A stretch of 64,000 bases of DNA from Candidatus Saccharimonadales bacterium (GTDB lineage: Bacteria; Patescibacteriota; Saccharimonadia; QS-5-54-17), in NCBI GenBank assembly GCA_040903985.1, contig JBBDUI010000002.1, forward strand, positions 599,633 through 663,632, read 5' to 3'. Below the pieces are notes generated by a model, which saw only the letters and a list, made by a program, of their open reading frames with translations, searched no databases and was not told where the DNA came from. The position numbers and the translations under genes were made by a program. Positions 29,230 through 39,740 of this stretch are shown piece after piece. Position 1 is the first letter of the stretch. Every line of letters starts with the position of its first letter.

Positions 29230-30504
29230 ATGCGAAAAATTTTACGGAATCTCGTTTTACAGCGCCTCGAAGCGTACGTAGAAAAACTACTAGGTAAGCA
29301 CCAGCCTAAAGTAATCGCTATTACGGGTAGTGTGGGCAAGACCTCGACGAAACAGGCCATCGCTCAGGTGCTTAGCTATAAATTCAGTGTGCTAGCTCAT
29401 GAGGGTAACTACAATACCGAGTTTGGTCTACCTTTGAGTTTGTTCGAGCTGGAGCCACCCGAGCGAACTACCGACGTCATTGGCTGGCTGAGAGTGTTTA
29501 AAACTATGCGCCAGACTATAGCGAATGACGACTATCCTTACGATGTGGTAGTGCTAGAAATGGGCGCCGATCGTCCGGGTGATATCAAACGCTTTATGAG
29601 CTATATCCGCCCCGACATCGGAGTAGTAACAGCCGTAGCTAAGGTCCATCTTGAGGAGTTTAAGTCGATTGAGGCGATACTGCGTGAGAAATGGCTGCTA
29701 GCCGAGACGAGTAAGCAGGTTTTTTACAATCATGATGACGAACGACTGCGAGACCATGGCGAGGCACAGTCGCATATGTACGGTTATGGGTTGAGCCCAG
29801 CTACTTACTGGATGGATCTGCAGCAGTTTGACGGGGAGAAAGGCTGGGGCGGCGATCTCTTCTTTGGTGACGAGGGGCTGCCATTGAGAGTTCCTGTCAT
29901 AGCGCGCCAGGCGGTCTATAGTTTGGTCGCAGCAGCAGCTGTAGCTCATAAGCTGGGTGTCGGTAAACGCGATATCATCGAGCAGTTAGCACAATTCCAG
30001 CAGCCGAAAGGCCGGATGCGTGTGCTGCAGGGTAAGAATGGCAGCATCATCCTAGATGACTCATATAATGCTAGCCCATATTCCGGAGTGGCTGCTCTCG
30101 ATGCACTGAGTCAGTTTACGGGACGCAAGCTGGCAATACTGGGCACGATGAATGAACTGGGTGAGTATGAGGCCGCTGGGCATAGATTGGTTGGCCGACA
30201 CTGTGGTTTTTTGGATAGGCTGATGACTATCGGGCAGCCAGCTAATGAACATCTGGTAGAGGCAGCTGAGAAAGCTGGAGTGGAGAGCGACAAGATACAG
30301 ACCTTCGCTAGTCCACAAGCTGCTGGAGAGGCTATGGTTAGCGAATTGCAGTCAGGAGATGTCGTCTTGGTTAAAGGCTCACAGAATGGCGTCTTCGCCG
30401 AAGAGGCAGTTAAACTACTACTAGCTGATCCGAAGGACGCAGATCAGCTCGTGCGACAAAGCCAGGGCTGGTTAGATAAAAAGCGAGAGCAGTTTAGAGT
30501 ATAA
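29230..30504 (+). CDS. murF: UDP-N-acetylmuramoyl-tripeptide--D-alanyl-D-alanine ligase
   Basis: ITGSVGKTSTK, NTEFGLPL, VLEMG, DDSYNASP, LVKGS. Confidence 0.92.
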   Translation: MRKILRNLVLQRLEAYVEKLLGKHQPKVIAITGSVGKTSTKQAIAQVLSYKFSVLAHEGNYNTEFGLPLSLFELEPPERTTDVIGWLRVFKTMRQTIANDDYPYDVVVLEMGADRPGDIKRFMSYIRPDIGVVTAVAKVHLEEFKSIEAILREKWLLAETSKQVFYNHDDERLRDHGEAQSHMYGYGLSPATYWMDLQQFDGEKGWGGDLFFGDEGLPLRVPVIARQAVYSLVAAAAVAHKLGVGKRDIIEQLAQFQQPKGRMRVLQGKNGSIILDDSYNASPYSGVAALDALSQFTGRKLAILGTMNELGEYEAAGHRLVGRHCGFLDRLMTIGQPANEHLVEAAEKAGVESDKIQTFASPQAAGEAMVSELQSGDVVLVKGSQNGVFAEEAVKLLLADPKDADQLVRQSQGWLDKKREQFRV

Positions 30505-30511
30505 TAGCTAC

Positions 30512-31258
30512 ATGTTTGCCCCTATAATAAAAAAACTCAGAACAATCCAGCAGAACGGGCTTACCACTTCGGTAATACAGCTGGGACGGAAAGCACCCGC
30601 GGCGGAGTTAGAACGGGTGCAGAATGCCATCCGTCAGGAGCTAGAGTGGATGAGTGGATTTGAACCTTACAATAATAATGAAGATATCGATCGGGCGGTA
30701 GCCGACGGTGAGTTGGTGCCAGTGACAGAGGATGATAATTTGCGTCCCGTCATGCGCTACCGGAATCCGGAGTTGATCCGAGACTATCCTCCCTACTTAA
30801 GGCAAAAGCCTTACCAATTACTACAGATCATCGGCCAACGCTGGCGTGATTTGATGCGAGAGAGGGGTCTCTCGGAGGATATAAAACTGGCGGTCTCGAT
30901 GCTAACGTGCACCAAGGAGTACCAGCAGAAGTTAATTCAGGGGGGCAAGCTGGCAGTAGACAAAGGACCGCATAGCTGCGGATTCGCCTTTGACATAGAC
31001 GGTTGCGGGTATTATCTCGGCGACACGCCCATCAATCCGCGCCCTGATAAGCAGTCGGCTTACACTCAGGCCTTTGCTTCCGCTGGCTCGAGAGTGGTAC
31101 CTTTTGGTAGTTACGAGCAGTACGATCGACAGGTTCACCTGTTATTGGATCAGGTACTGGACAGTCTGGCTTCCGAAGGTTTGATTCATTTCATACTAGA
31201 ATATCCTGACAGCAACAACAGCTCCTACCATATATGTACCAATCCCGAGACTCCATAG
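30512..31258 (+). CDS. Hypothetical protein, possible M15-like peptidase fold
   Basis: H..G.AFDID and C-terminal YHI motifs. Confidence 0.6.
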   Translation: MFAPIIKKLRTIQQNGLTTSVIQLGRKAPAAELERVQNAIRQELEWMSGFEPYNNNEDIDRAVADGELVPVTEDDNLRPVMRYRNPELIRDYPPYLRQKPYQLLQIIGQRWRDLMRERGLSEDIKLAVSMLTCTKEYQQKLIQGGKLAVDKGPHSCGFAFDIDGCGYYLGDTPINPRPDKQSAYTQAFASAGSRVVPFGSYEQYDRQVHLLLDQVLDSLASEGLIHFILEYPDSNNSSYHICTNPETP

Positions 31259-31390
31259 TATAGTCTGTGCATTCGACGCCTTTAAGGGTGGGGCGCCTGT
31301 TAGACAACGTCTGAGCCGTCGTAGAGAGCCTTATAGATTCGCTAATTCCCCCTAACAGACCGGGTTCTATCTGATATAATCAGCTTTGTT

Positions 31391-33844
31391 ATGAAACTTT
31401 ATGATCCAAAGTCGATTGAAACCAAATGGCAGGCCGTCTGGACGGATACTGGGATATATAGGACCGATTCGAACCCTAAGAAGCCTTACTACTACAACTT
31501 AACTATGTTTCCCTACCCTTCCGGGGATCTACATACCGGTCACTGGTACGCCCTAACTGCACCGGATGTGCTGGCTCGTTATCAGCGTCGTCAGGGAAAG
31601 AATGTACTGTTTCCGATGGGTTGGGATGCTTTCGGTCTGCCGGCGGAAAATGCCGCCCTTAAACGTAATATCCCTCCCGCCGAGTGGACACGGAGTAACA
31701 TCGCCAGTATGAAGGTACAGCTGGCCCGGATGGGGGCTAGCTTTGATTGGGACAAGGAACTTTCAACGGCCAGTCCAGAGTATTATCGGTGGACTCAGAG
31801 GCTATTTTTGCTCTTGCATGAAAAAGGTCTGGCTTACCGAAAAGAAGGTTTACAGAACTGGTGTCCTTCCTGCCAGACGGTACTGGCTAATGAACAGGTA
31901 GTCGGGGATGATCATCACTGTGAACGCTGCGGTACGCCGGTTATTAAGAAAGAGTTAGAGCAGTGGTTTTTCAAAATCACTGACTATGCTGATCGTTTGC
32001 TGGAAGATCTAAATGAAATCGACTGGCCAGAGAAAGTAAAGACGATGCAGGTTAATTGGATCGGCCGTAGTGAAGGGGCTAAGATTAGTTTTGCAGTGGC
32101 AGACTCATCAGAAGTAGTTGAAGTATATACTACCCGTCCTGATACCCTGTTCGGGGCTACTTATATGGTGTTAGCTCCAGAACACCCGCTAGTTGATACG
32201 CTGATGAGTCAGGAGCAGGCTAAGGCAGTAGTGCAGTATCAAACACAGGCTGCTCGCCTGAGTAATGTTGACCGGATGAGTGAAGGGGAGAAGACAGGTG
32301 TCTTTACTGGAGCTTACGCCATCAATCCGGTGAATGAGGCGAGGATTCCGATCTGGATTGCCGACTACGTATTAATGGATTACGGGACGGGAGCGATCAT
32401 GGCCGTTCCGGCTCATGATGAGCGAGACTATCAGTTCGCCACTAAGTTTGAGTTACCGATCGTGCAGGTGGTAGAACCTACAGGCGAGGCCACCGCCCTG
32501 CCTTTTAGCGGTGAAGGACAGCTAATTAACTCCAGTGTGTATGACGGTATGGTAAGTAATGAGGCACGAATAGCCATCACGAAAGCTCTGCAGCGGGACG
32601 GTACCGGCAAAGCCACGACTCAATATAAGCTGCGCGACTGGCTGATATCCCGTCAGCGCTACTGGGGTGCACCGATTCCGATTATCTATTGCGATAAGTG
32701 TGGTACAGTGCCGGTTCCAGAAGATCAGCTGCCGGTGTTACTACCTGAGGATGTAGAGTTTGAGCCGACCGGTAAATCGCCGCTAGTTGCCCGGGAGGAC
32801 TTCGTTAGCACTAACTGCCCAAAGTGTGATGCCCCGGCTCGGCGTGAGGTCGATACTATAGATACTTTTGTCGATTCGTCCTGGTACTATTTGCGTTATC
32901 CTAATCCCCATTATACCGAGGGTATGTTTGACCCAGAAGAGGTTAGTGAGTGGCTACCGGTAGACCACTACATGGGCGGTATCGAGCACGCTATTTTGCA
33001 CCTGCTCTATTCGCGCTTTATCACAAAAGTTTTATACGACCATGCCGGTTTAGAGTTCAGCGAACCGTTTAAGAAGCTAAGCAATCAGGGAATGATCCTC
33101 GGTCCTGACGGTCAGAAGATGAGTAAGTCGCGCGGTAACGTCATCAGTCCGGACGAGGTAATCGATTCTGGCTACGGGGCCGATGCTTTTCGAACTCATA
33201 TGCTCTTCATCGGTCCCTGGACTGATGGTGGGCCATTTACAACGGAAGGGCTCGCCGGTACCTACCGTTTCATCAATCGCATCTGGCGACTAGTAGGAGA
33301 ATACCAAGATGGTGAAGCTACCGATAAGGTTGACAACCAGAGCGAGCTTGAGACAGCTCTCATAACTCATACCCACCGCACCATAGCTAAAGTTAGTAAT
33401 GATATCGAGAACATGAGTTTTAACACAGCCATTGCTGCGCTCATGGAGTTTACTAACTACCTTTATAAACAGAAAGAAGTTTTTCAACCAACGACTGATA
33501 ATACCGTCTGGAAGGATGCGATAGAGGCATTACTACTCTTACTGGCACCTTTTGCTCCTCATGTATGCGAGGAGCTGTGGTCTGAGCTGGGGGGTGCGGA
33601 GAGTATTCATATTGCAGGGTGGCCGGTCTGGAATGAGGAGTACCTTACCGAGGAGATGGTAACTATCGTAGTGCAGATTGACGGTAAAGTCCGGGCGCAA
33701 ATTAGTGCGCCCGCCGGGCTCGATCAAACAGAGACAGAGGAGCTCGCTCGTCAGGATGCGAAGATTTCAAAGCAGCTCGAAGATGTGACGGTGAGTAAAG
33801 TTATCGTTGTGTCCGATCGACTGATAAACTTCGTGATCGGCTAG
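31391..33844 (+). CDS. leuS: Leucine--tRNA ligase
   Basis: MFPYPSG.LHTGH, KMSKS, TTRPDT editing domain. Confidence 0.98.
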   Translation: MKLYDPKSIETKWQAVWTDTGIYRTDSNPKKPYYYNLTMFPYPSGDLHTGHWYALTAPDVLARYQRRQGKNVLFPMGWDAFGLPAENAALKRNIPPAEWTRSNIASMKVQLARMGASFDWDKELSTASPEYYRWTQRLFLLLHEKGLAYRKEGLQNWCPSCQTVLANEQVVGDDHHCERCGTPVIKKELEQWFFKITDYADRLLEDLNEIDWPEKVKTMQVNWIGRSEGAKISFAVADSSEVVEVYTTRPDTLFGATYMVLAPEHPLVDTLMSQEQAKAVVQYQTQAARLSNVDRMSEGEKTGVFTGAYAINPVNEARIPIWIADYVLMDYGTGAIMAVPAHDERDYQFATKFELPIVQVVEPTGEATALPFSGEGQLINSSVYDGMVSNEARIAITKALQRDGTGKATTQYKLRDWLISRQRYWGAPIPIIYCDKCGTVPVPEDQLPVLLPEDVEFEPTGKSPLVAREDFVSTNCPKCDAPARREVDTIDTFVDSSWYYLRYPNPHYTEGMFDPEEVSEWLPVDHYMGGIEHAILHLLYSRFITKVLYDHAGLEFSEPFKKLSNQGMILGPDGQKMSKSRGNVISPDEVIDSGYGADAFRTHMLFIGPWTDGGPFTTEGLAGTYRFINRIWRLVGEYQDGEATDKVDNQSELETALITHTHRTIAKVSNDIENMSFNTAIAALMEFTNYLYKQKEVFQPTTDNTVWKDAIEALLLLLAPFAPHVCEELWSELGGAESIHIAGWPVWNEEYLTEEMVTIVVQIDGKVRAQISAPAGLDQTETEELARQDAKISKQLEDVTVSKVIVVSDRLINFVIG

Positions 33845-33845
33845 G

Positions 33846-34541
33846 ATGCCCAAGACTACAGAGAAGGATCAGTTAACATTACCTTCCAAGGAGCGACGTA
33901 GTATGTCTCACCGCTTGGCAGCTGGCAGTTTGCTGCTCACCCTCGCCTGTACGAGCGAGACAGCTGAAGTATCCTCGCAGTCGCTCGAGCAGTCTGAACA
34001 GCTAGTGCAGCAGTCTGAGCGTGCTGAAGCTCTAGGACAGAAAGCCGTCACTGAGCTTAGAGATAAGATTAGAGGTGGTGTAGAGGTTGATTTCGAGTTA
34101 GCCCTGGATCAGTGTGTTTTTTGGCCCGATATTGAAGGTTTTTATCTGGTTGTCTACAATCCGATCATCTATCGTTACCAGGAAGACGGTGAGATATTGG
34201 AGTTCTTTCCCTTTATACCCCCAACCCCGAATACAGAGATACTAACAGTCATGAATGGACCCTATCGTTATGGCCTGACTGATGAGGACCATGGCTTTAA
34301 GGTAGTGGTCGACGATATCGGATCGGCCGATGATGCTATCATGTTTACTCTTGAATATAGCGAGATCTTAAGCTTGGGGCAGGGCGACAAACAAGAGATG
34401 TTCACTCCAGCCTGGGCTTATACAAGCGATGAGGTGCCAATTATCGAGACTCATATCGTAGCTGAGAGTGATATAGAACGAGCTATGCGAGATATCTGTG
34501 GACTAGAACCGGTCATAGATGATGGGACTTCAACTACCTAG
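33846..34541 (+). CDS. Hypothetical protein, possible lipoprotein
   Basis: 231-aa ORF; hydrophobic stretch ending LTLAC. Confidence 0.6.
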   Translation: MPKTTEKDQLTLPSKERRSMSHRLAAGSLLLTLACTSETAEVSSQSLEQSEQLVQQSERAEALGQKAVTELRDKIRGGVEVDFELALDQCVFWPDIEGFYLVVYNPIIYRYQEDGEILEFFPFIPPTPNTEILTVMNGPYRYGLTDEDHGFKVVVDDIGSADDAIMFTLEYSEILSLGQGDKQEMFTPAWAYTSDEVPIIETHIVAESDIERAMRDICGLEPVIDDGTSTT

Positions 34542-34624
34542 GCTTGCAACTTCGCTTGTTATGGCGGGTGGTCTTCGTTATACTTTTATGTAAAGTATAA
34601 ATTAAAGCATGACAGGAGTCGGCA

Positions 34625-34756
34625 ATGGGAATGCCCAAGAAGCGCCGCAGCCCACGCAAGCAAGGCCTGCACCGTTCACATTTGGTGCGACAGCTCGCCG
34701 AGCGGGTTAATAAGCGGTCACCGGTAAAGGTGAAATTAGGAAACAAGCAGTCGTAA
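34625..34756 (+). CDS. rpmF: 50S ribosomal protein L32 (43 aa, no zinc cysteines)
   Basis: Not in the ORF track; MGMPKKRRSPRKQGLHRSHLVRQLAERVNKRSPVKVKLGNKQS; AGGAG RBS; precedes nusB. Confidence 0.8.
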   Translation: MGMPKKRRSPRKQGLHRSHLVRQLAERVNKRSPVKVKLGNKQS

Positions 34757-34781
34757 ATTTAAAGTACGGGTACATTAAAAC

Positions 34782-35231
34782 ATGGCTTCAAATCGGCACC
34801 TTGGCAGGATAGTAGCACTTCAGAGTTTGTATGAATACGATTTTCGGGTAGACGAAAAGCCCGATATTGATGCCATAACTCAGCGCAATCTAGATCAGTA
34901 CGATGGTGTGATCGACGACACTGAGTTTGTCTATGATATGACGCGGTCGGTTTTAGTCGAGCAAGAGCGAATTGATGCCATCATCCAGCCAGCTGCACCA
35001 GAGTGGCCGATCGCTCAAATCGCCCGGATCGACAAGATTGTGCTTAGGATGGCAGTATATGAGCTGGTCGTGCAGCAGAAGATCCCGCCGAAAGTAGCCA
35101 TTAACGAGGCTGTCGAACTCGGCAAACGATTCGGCGGTGACAGCTCATCAAAATTTATTAACGGAGTATTAGGAACTATTTATCGTGAACAAATCGAAAC
35201 CAAATCAGACCAACCAACAGCAGCCGAGTAA
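34782..35231 (+). CDS. nusB: Transcription antitermination factor NusB
   Basis: [41 protein letters not shown]. Confidence 0.97.
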   Translation: MASNRHLGRIVALQSLYEYDFRVDEKPDIDAITQRNLDQYDGVIDDTEFVYDMTRSVLVEQERIDAIIQPAAPEWPIAQIARIDKIVLRMAVYELVVQQKIPPKVAINEAVELGKRFGGDSSSKFINGVLGTIYREQIETKSDQPTAAE

Positions 35232-35772
35232 GCCGCAGAATTCATCAAACGGAAGTAATCAACCTCGTTCTGGCTCACGGCCACGCGGTCATAAGCCGAA
35301 ACTGAATAAATTTCGGCAGATTCGTCAGCGTATTCGCAAGACCGTACCGGAAGAGACGGCGGGTGGAGTGGTATTTCGGCGCACTGAGCGAGGGATCGAA
35401 ATACTAATGATCCAGGATGCCAAGGACCGTTGGACCATCCCCAAAGGACATGTCGAGCCAGGTGAGCGGATTGAAGAAACAGCGGTGCGGGAGATTGAAG
35501 AAGAGACTGGATTGGGTGATCTACGTATTCTCGATCGACTAGGTAAGATCGATTTTCGTTATCGCAAACAAGACAAACTTATCTTGATGACGACGCATAT
35601 TTTCCTGATTCATGCCTTTAAGAACACAGAGGATTACGTACCGGAAGAGAACGAGGGGATTAAGGACGTCGAGTGGTTCCCAGCTAATAAAGCACTTGAT
35701 CTTATCGAGTACGACGACATCGGTAAGCTATTTCTAATCGCCCTAAAGAAGATACGCCATGCCGGATATTAA
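35185..35772 (+). CDS. NUDIX hydrolase
   Basis: Nudix box [24 protein letters not shown]. Confidence 0.92.
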   Translation: MNKSKPNQTNQQQPSKPQNSSNGSNQPRSGSRPRGHKPKLNKFRQIRQRIRKTVPEETAGGVVFRRTERGIEILMIQDAKDRWTIPKGHVEPGERIEETAVREIEEETGLGDLRILDRLGKIDFRYRKQDKLILMTTHIFLIHAFKNTEDYVPEENEGIKDVEWFPANKALDLIEYDDIGKLFLIALKKIRHAGY

Positions 35773-36451
35773 AGATTTACAAGCTGTTATCGGGGTGACG
35801 TTCACTCAGGTGGATTTGTATGAAACGGCCTTAACCCATCGCTCTTACCTGAACGAGAAGGGTAGATCCCAAGTAGAGCATAACGAGCGGATGGAGTTTC
35901 TCGGTGATGCCGTGCTGGAGTTGGTAGTCACCGAATACCTCTATCGTAACTATCAAGAGCCAGAAGGTATCTTAACTAACTGGCGCAGCGCGTTGGTTAA
36001 GACCGAGTCGCTTAGTAGCGTAGCTGAGACTTTAGAGATCGAGCAGTGGCTGCGGCTGAGTCGGGGTGAACGGAAGGGCAGTCGTCGAGCCCGACGGCAG
36101 ATTCTCGCCAACACCATAGAGGCTATTATCGGTGCTATTTATCTCGATCAGGGCTATGGACCGGCTCAGCTATTCATTACTAACAACATTATCTCTACCC
36201 TGCCAAAGATCCTGGCTGAGGGTAGTTGGCAGGATAGTAAGACAAAGTATCAGGAATTAGTGCAGGAGCGAGAAGGACACACGCCGGAATATGAAGTGAT
36301 ATCCGAAACTGGACCAGATCACGATAAGCGGTTTACGGTTGGAGTTTATGTCGACGGCCAATTACGGGGGCAGGGAGACGGCACTAGTAAGCAGATCGCC
36401 CAGCAGGAAGCAGCGACCGCGGCGTTAGCCGAAGTCGAAGTGTCTGAGTAA
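35759..36451 (+). CDS. rnc: Ribonuclease III
   Basis: ALTHRSY, NERMEFLGDAVL, C-terminal dsRBD. Confidence 0.97.
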   Translation: MPDIKDLQAVIGVTFTQVDLYETALTHRSYLNEKGRSQVEHNERMEFLGDAVLELVVTEYLYRNYQEPEGILTNWRSALVKTESLSSVAETLEIEQWLRLSRGERKGSRRARRQILANTIEAIIGAIYLDQGYGPAQLFITNNIISTLPKILAEGSWQDSKTKYQELVQEREGHTPEYEVISETGPDHDKRFTVGVYVDGQLRGQGDGTSKQIAQQEAATAALAEVEVSE

Positions 36452-36480
36452 TTGACACCTGTGCTTCAGATGGGTACAAT
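36452..36480 (+). promoter_or_regulatory. Sigma70-type promoter for rpsP
   Basis: TTGACA-17 bp-TACAAT. Confidence 0.75.
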
Positions 36481-36564
36481 AGAGCAGGTTGTGATAAGAA
36501 ATTATGATATTTCACACTTATCCGCTCTCAAAATCAGAGCGGATTTTAATTCTGAAGAGGTGAC

Positions 36565-37035
36565 ATGCTAACAATTAGACTTGCCCGTACCGGTCGTAAG
36601 AAGCTCGCTCACTATCGTGTAGTAGCGGCCGATTCGCGCCGCGCGGCTACCGGGAAGTTTGTCGCTCAACTCGGTCATTATAATCCACACTCTAAAGAGC
36701 TGGTCCTCGATGAGGCTCTCACTCAACACTACCTTGATAAGGGGGCTCAACCTTCCAGTCGAGTGGTGCGTTTACTGCAGAATAACAAGGGCGTGAAACT
36801 ACCTGAGTGGGCTCTGAAGAATCTGGTGGTTAAAGCCGAACAGGCCAAAGTCGAGCCCGAAGTTGAAGCGGCTGAGACTACTCCGGCTGAAACCACTGAA
36901 GCTACAACTGAGCCGGAAACAGAAGTCGAGTCCACAGCTGAGACTACGGAGCCTGATAAGGCCGCATCAGAAGAAGATGCCGCCAGTGAGGCGGCTGAGC
37001 CGGAAGCCTCTACTGACGACAGTAAAAAAGAGTAG
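36565..37035 (+). CDS. rpsP: 30S ribosomal protein S16 with acidic C-terminal extension
   Basis: MLTIRLARTGRKK...YRVVAADSR...LGHYNP...GAQPS. Confidence 0.97.
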   Translation: MLTIRLARTGRKKLAHYRVVAADSRRAATGKFVAQLGHYNPHSKELVLDEALTQHYLDKGAQPSSRVVRLLQNNKGVKLPEWALKNLVVKAEQAKVEPEVEAAETTPAETTEATTEPETEVESTAETTEPDKAASEEDAASEAAEPEASTDDSKKE

Positions 37036-37131
37036 CCTTTTCGCCCGTAAAAAGGCTGAGATCACCGCTTGAACCGGCGGCCTGACCATATGCTATGATG
37101 AGATGAGTTAAGTAAGCAGGAGATTCCGGGT

Positions 37132-37572
37132 ATGGCAGACACTATAGATCAACAGTTTATCGAGTATATAGCTAAAACTCTCGTCGAAAACGAAGACGCC
37201 GTTCGGGTGGAGCGCACTATTGATGAGCGGGGTGTACTACTTCAGCTCCATGTAGCGCCGGAAGATCTTGGCCGAGTTATTGGCCGGGCTGGTAGTACGG
37301 CTAAGAGTATGCGTACGCTTCTGCGGGCGTTAAGTGTGAAAAACGATGCTCGTTATAACTTAAAGATTGTTGATTCGGGCGATCCAGTTGCTAGCGTGAG
37401 TGACGATGCGGTAAGCCATGATGATGTAGATGCAACTCCGCCGGCTGAGCCGGTAGCCACGGATGAACCGATGGATATTCCAGACCATTCTGAAGAAAGC
37501 GACGCCGAAAGTGATAGCCTAAGTCGCAGCCGCCGGGAAATCGCTGATTTGACCGACGACCTCGATATTTAG
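37132..37572 (+). CDS. khpA: KH-domain RNA-binding protein (KhpA/YlqC) with acidic tail
   Basis: EDLGRVIGRAG KH motif; located between rpsP and trmD. Confidence 0.88.
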   Translation: MADTIDQQFIEYIAKTLVENEDAVRVERTIDERGVLLQLHVAPEDLGRVIGRAGSTAKSMRTLLRALSVKNDARYNLKIVDSGDPVASVSDDAVSHDDVDATPPAEPVATDEPMDIPDHSEESDAESDSLSRSRREIADLTDDLDI

Positions 37573-37580
37573 GATACCTA

Positions 37581-38225
37581 ATGAAGATAAGTATAGTTAC
37601 CCTTTTCCCTGACATGTTTGCCGGGCCATTTGCGATGAGTATGTTAGCTAAGGCGCAGGAGAAGGGGCTAGCGGAGATAGAGTTGATCGACCTGCGAGAT
37701 TTCGGCATCGGACCGCGACGGCAGGTCGATGATATACCGTATGGTGGCGGTGACGGTATGGTACTGCGTCCAGAGCCACTGTTTGCTGCGGTTGAATCGG
37801 TCAGAACATCTGAGAGCACAGTCATCTTATTGAGTCCACAAGGTGATACTCTGCGGCAGGAGCTGGTCCAAGACTTCAGTCAGTTGCCCCATTTGATCTT
37901 ACTTTGCGGCCACTACGAAGGATTTGACGAACGTATCCGCACGCTGGCCGATCATCAGATATCGATCGGTGATTATGTGTTGACGGGTGGCGAGTTACCG
38001 GCAATGGTTCTAACCGATGCTGTAGTGCGACTTATCCCCGGAGTGCTCGGGGGTGAGCGCTCGGCGCTCGATGAATCTTTTAGTGACGGCGTAACGTTAG
38101 AGCATCCGCACTATACACGGCCAGAAGAGTTTCGCGGTATGTCTGTGCCGGATGTGCTCCTCAGCGGTCACCACCAAAAGATCGATGATTGGCGTAAGCA
38201 AAAGAGTCGACGCAAGAACAGTTAG
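37581..38225 (+). CDS. trmD: tRNA (guanine37-N1)-methyltransferase
   Basis: VDDIPYGGGDGM, CGHYEGFDER, SIGDYVLTGGE. Confidence 0.97.
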   Translation: MKISIVTLFPDMFAGPFAMSMLAKAQEKGLAEIELIDLRDFGIGPRRQVDDIPYGGGDGMVLRPEPLFAAVESVRTSESTVILLSPQGDTLRQELVQDFSQLPHLILLCGHYEGFDERIRTLADHQISIGDYVLTGGELPAMVLTDAVVRLIPGVLGGERSALDESFSDGVTLEHPHYTRPEEFRGMSVPDVLLSGHHQKIDDWRKQKSRRKNS

Positions 38226-38275
38226 CTTAAACACCGTATAATTAGTGGGGATAGTCGAAGTTAGGAGGCTTCAGA

Positions 38276-39016
38276 ATGAGTGAAGATTCAGAGAGCCGTT
38301 TATCTCACCCGGCCGCAGCCGGAAAAAAGCTAGAGCTGGAGCTCAGCGCACGGATAGCCGATCATGCCGCCAGAGCCGCCAGCTTGTTGGCACGGTTAGA
38401 GGCACCGGAGGAGCTACTGGATGGAGTTCGGGGGCAGGCCGAGCTAGGGGTGATTAGTGAGCAGAATAGAAGTAGTTATAATTTTCGACGCTACTACGCT
38501 CTTTTCGCTGAACCATTAGCTGAGGTTAGCTTAACTTTAGAGGATATAGATAGGGAGTGGCTGAGCCAGCTACTCTTGAACTGGTTCGGGGTTGATCAAG
38601 TGGTCCGTCAGGCCGCACAACGGCACATCGGAGCGCAGCTTTCTTCGGTAGCGAGCTATACAGACTGGCAGGATAAGATCGTCAAGCCACGTCTAGACCG
38701 TATCCCGACGGACTTACTACCTACGCAAGCCCGGGGGCAGACCCAGTTCGAGTCGGCGTACTATAGCCATATCAGAGTGGCCGCCTATGCGGCCGGAATC
38801 GGCCTCAGTTTTTTACGCTATGAGCTAGGCGATCAGTATCCGACCACTACTGTCGATAACATCCAGGATATTCAACTGCGTAAATATCTAGAGCGTGTGT
38901 CCGATAAGGACTTGCAGCAACAGGCAAATGCATTAACAGAACACCAGGCTAGTGCGTTTGCCTTTGACGATGTCTTTATTATCGATACGCACCGACAGTA
39001 CGTTGAGCAGGAGTGA
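38276..39016 (+). CDS. Hypothetical protein
   Basis: 246-aa ORF with AGGAGG RBS. Confidence 0.7.
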   Translation: MSEDSESRLSHPAAAGKKLELELSARIADHAARAASLLARLEAPEELLDGVRGQAELGVISEQNRSSYNFRRYYALFAEPLAEVSLTLEDIDREWLSQLLLNWFGVDQVVRQAAQRHIGAQLSSVASYTDWQDKIVKPRLDRIPTDLLPTQARGQTQFESAYYSHIRVAAYAAGIGLSFLRYELGDQYPTTTVDNIQDIQLRKYLERVSDKDLQQQANALTEHQASAFAFDDVFIIDTHRQYVEQE

Positions 39017-39047
39017 TATACTAAAACGAAAGATAATCGGAGGGGAC

Positions 39048-39446
39048 ATGAAACGTTTACTTATGAAATTAGCGACTCCAGTCCAGGCTCACTGTGACTT
39101 AGCCTGTGGAGTATACGATCCAGCCCAGGCTAGAGTAGAAGCCGAATCGGTCAAGGCGATTCAGGAGAAATATCAAGCTTCAGATGATGCGACATTTAAG
39201 CAGCGCTGCGTACTGATAAAAGAAGAGCGGGCCCAATTAGTGAAGGAGCACCTCTGGGTACTGTGGACCGACTATTTTAAGCCGGAGCATCTAGAGGTGT
39301 ATCCAGATCTGCACGATCTGTTTTGGCGAGCGACTAAGCAGGCTGGAGAGTGCAAGAAATCGACCGACCCAGCTACCGGGCAGAAGTTACTTGATCTTGT
39401 GGCAGAAGTTGAGTCTGTCTTTACCGCTACCAAACAGCAGCAGTAA
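39048..39446 (+). CDS. sodN: Nickel superoxide dismutase precursor
   Basis: 14-aa leader then Ni-hook HCDLACGVYDPAQA; VLWTDYFK; GGAGG RBS before ATG 39048. Confidence 0.92.
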   Translation: MKRLLMKLATPVQAHCDLACGVYDPAQARVEAESVKAIQEKYQASDDATFKQRCVLIKEERAQLVKEHLWVLWTDYFKPEHLEVYPDLHDLFWRATKQAGECKKSTDPATGQKLLDLVAEVESVFTATKQQQ

Positions 39447-39449
39447 CCT

Positions 39450-39740
39450 ATGTTTGGTTGGCCTTGGCTTAAGCTCTACCGGGTGGAAGGAGAGTCAATG
39501 TCCCCTACTCTTCGCCCCGGAGTTCTGTTCCTAGGCTCTGGGCTGATTACTGCGAAAGCTGGTCATATAGTTGTTATCAAGCGTAAACCTCTGAGCATTA
39601 AGCGAATAAAATCACTCGACACCGATGGAGTATGGGTAGAAGGTGACAATAAATCAGCCAGTACCGATAGCCGAATTTACGGCCCGGTAAAGAGAGAACA
39701 GATAGAGGCTATAATTTTTTTTCGGGTAGTAAGTAGGTGA
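39450..39740 (+). CDS. sodX: NiSOD maturation protease (S26-like)
   Basis: VEGESMSPTL, IKRI, VEGDN..ASTDSR.YG; directly after sodN. Confidence 0.88.
   Translation: MFGWPWLKLYRVEGESMSPTLRPGVLFLGSGLITAKAGHIVVIKRKPLSIKRIKSLDTDGVWVEGDNKSASTDSRIYGPVKREQIEAIIFFRVVSR

Noticed and set aside
29008-29281. ORFs 29008..29202 and 29063..29281
   Set aside because: They overlap tRNA-Ala, its terminator and the murF start; spurious.
34534-34746. 70-aa minus-strand ORF
   Set aside because: Antisense shadow of rpmF, which has an RBS and the expected position.
38952-39047. N-terminal extension of sodN in the ORF track
   Set aside because: It overlaps the upstream gene; the GGAGG RBS and typical short leader support ATG 39048.
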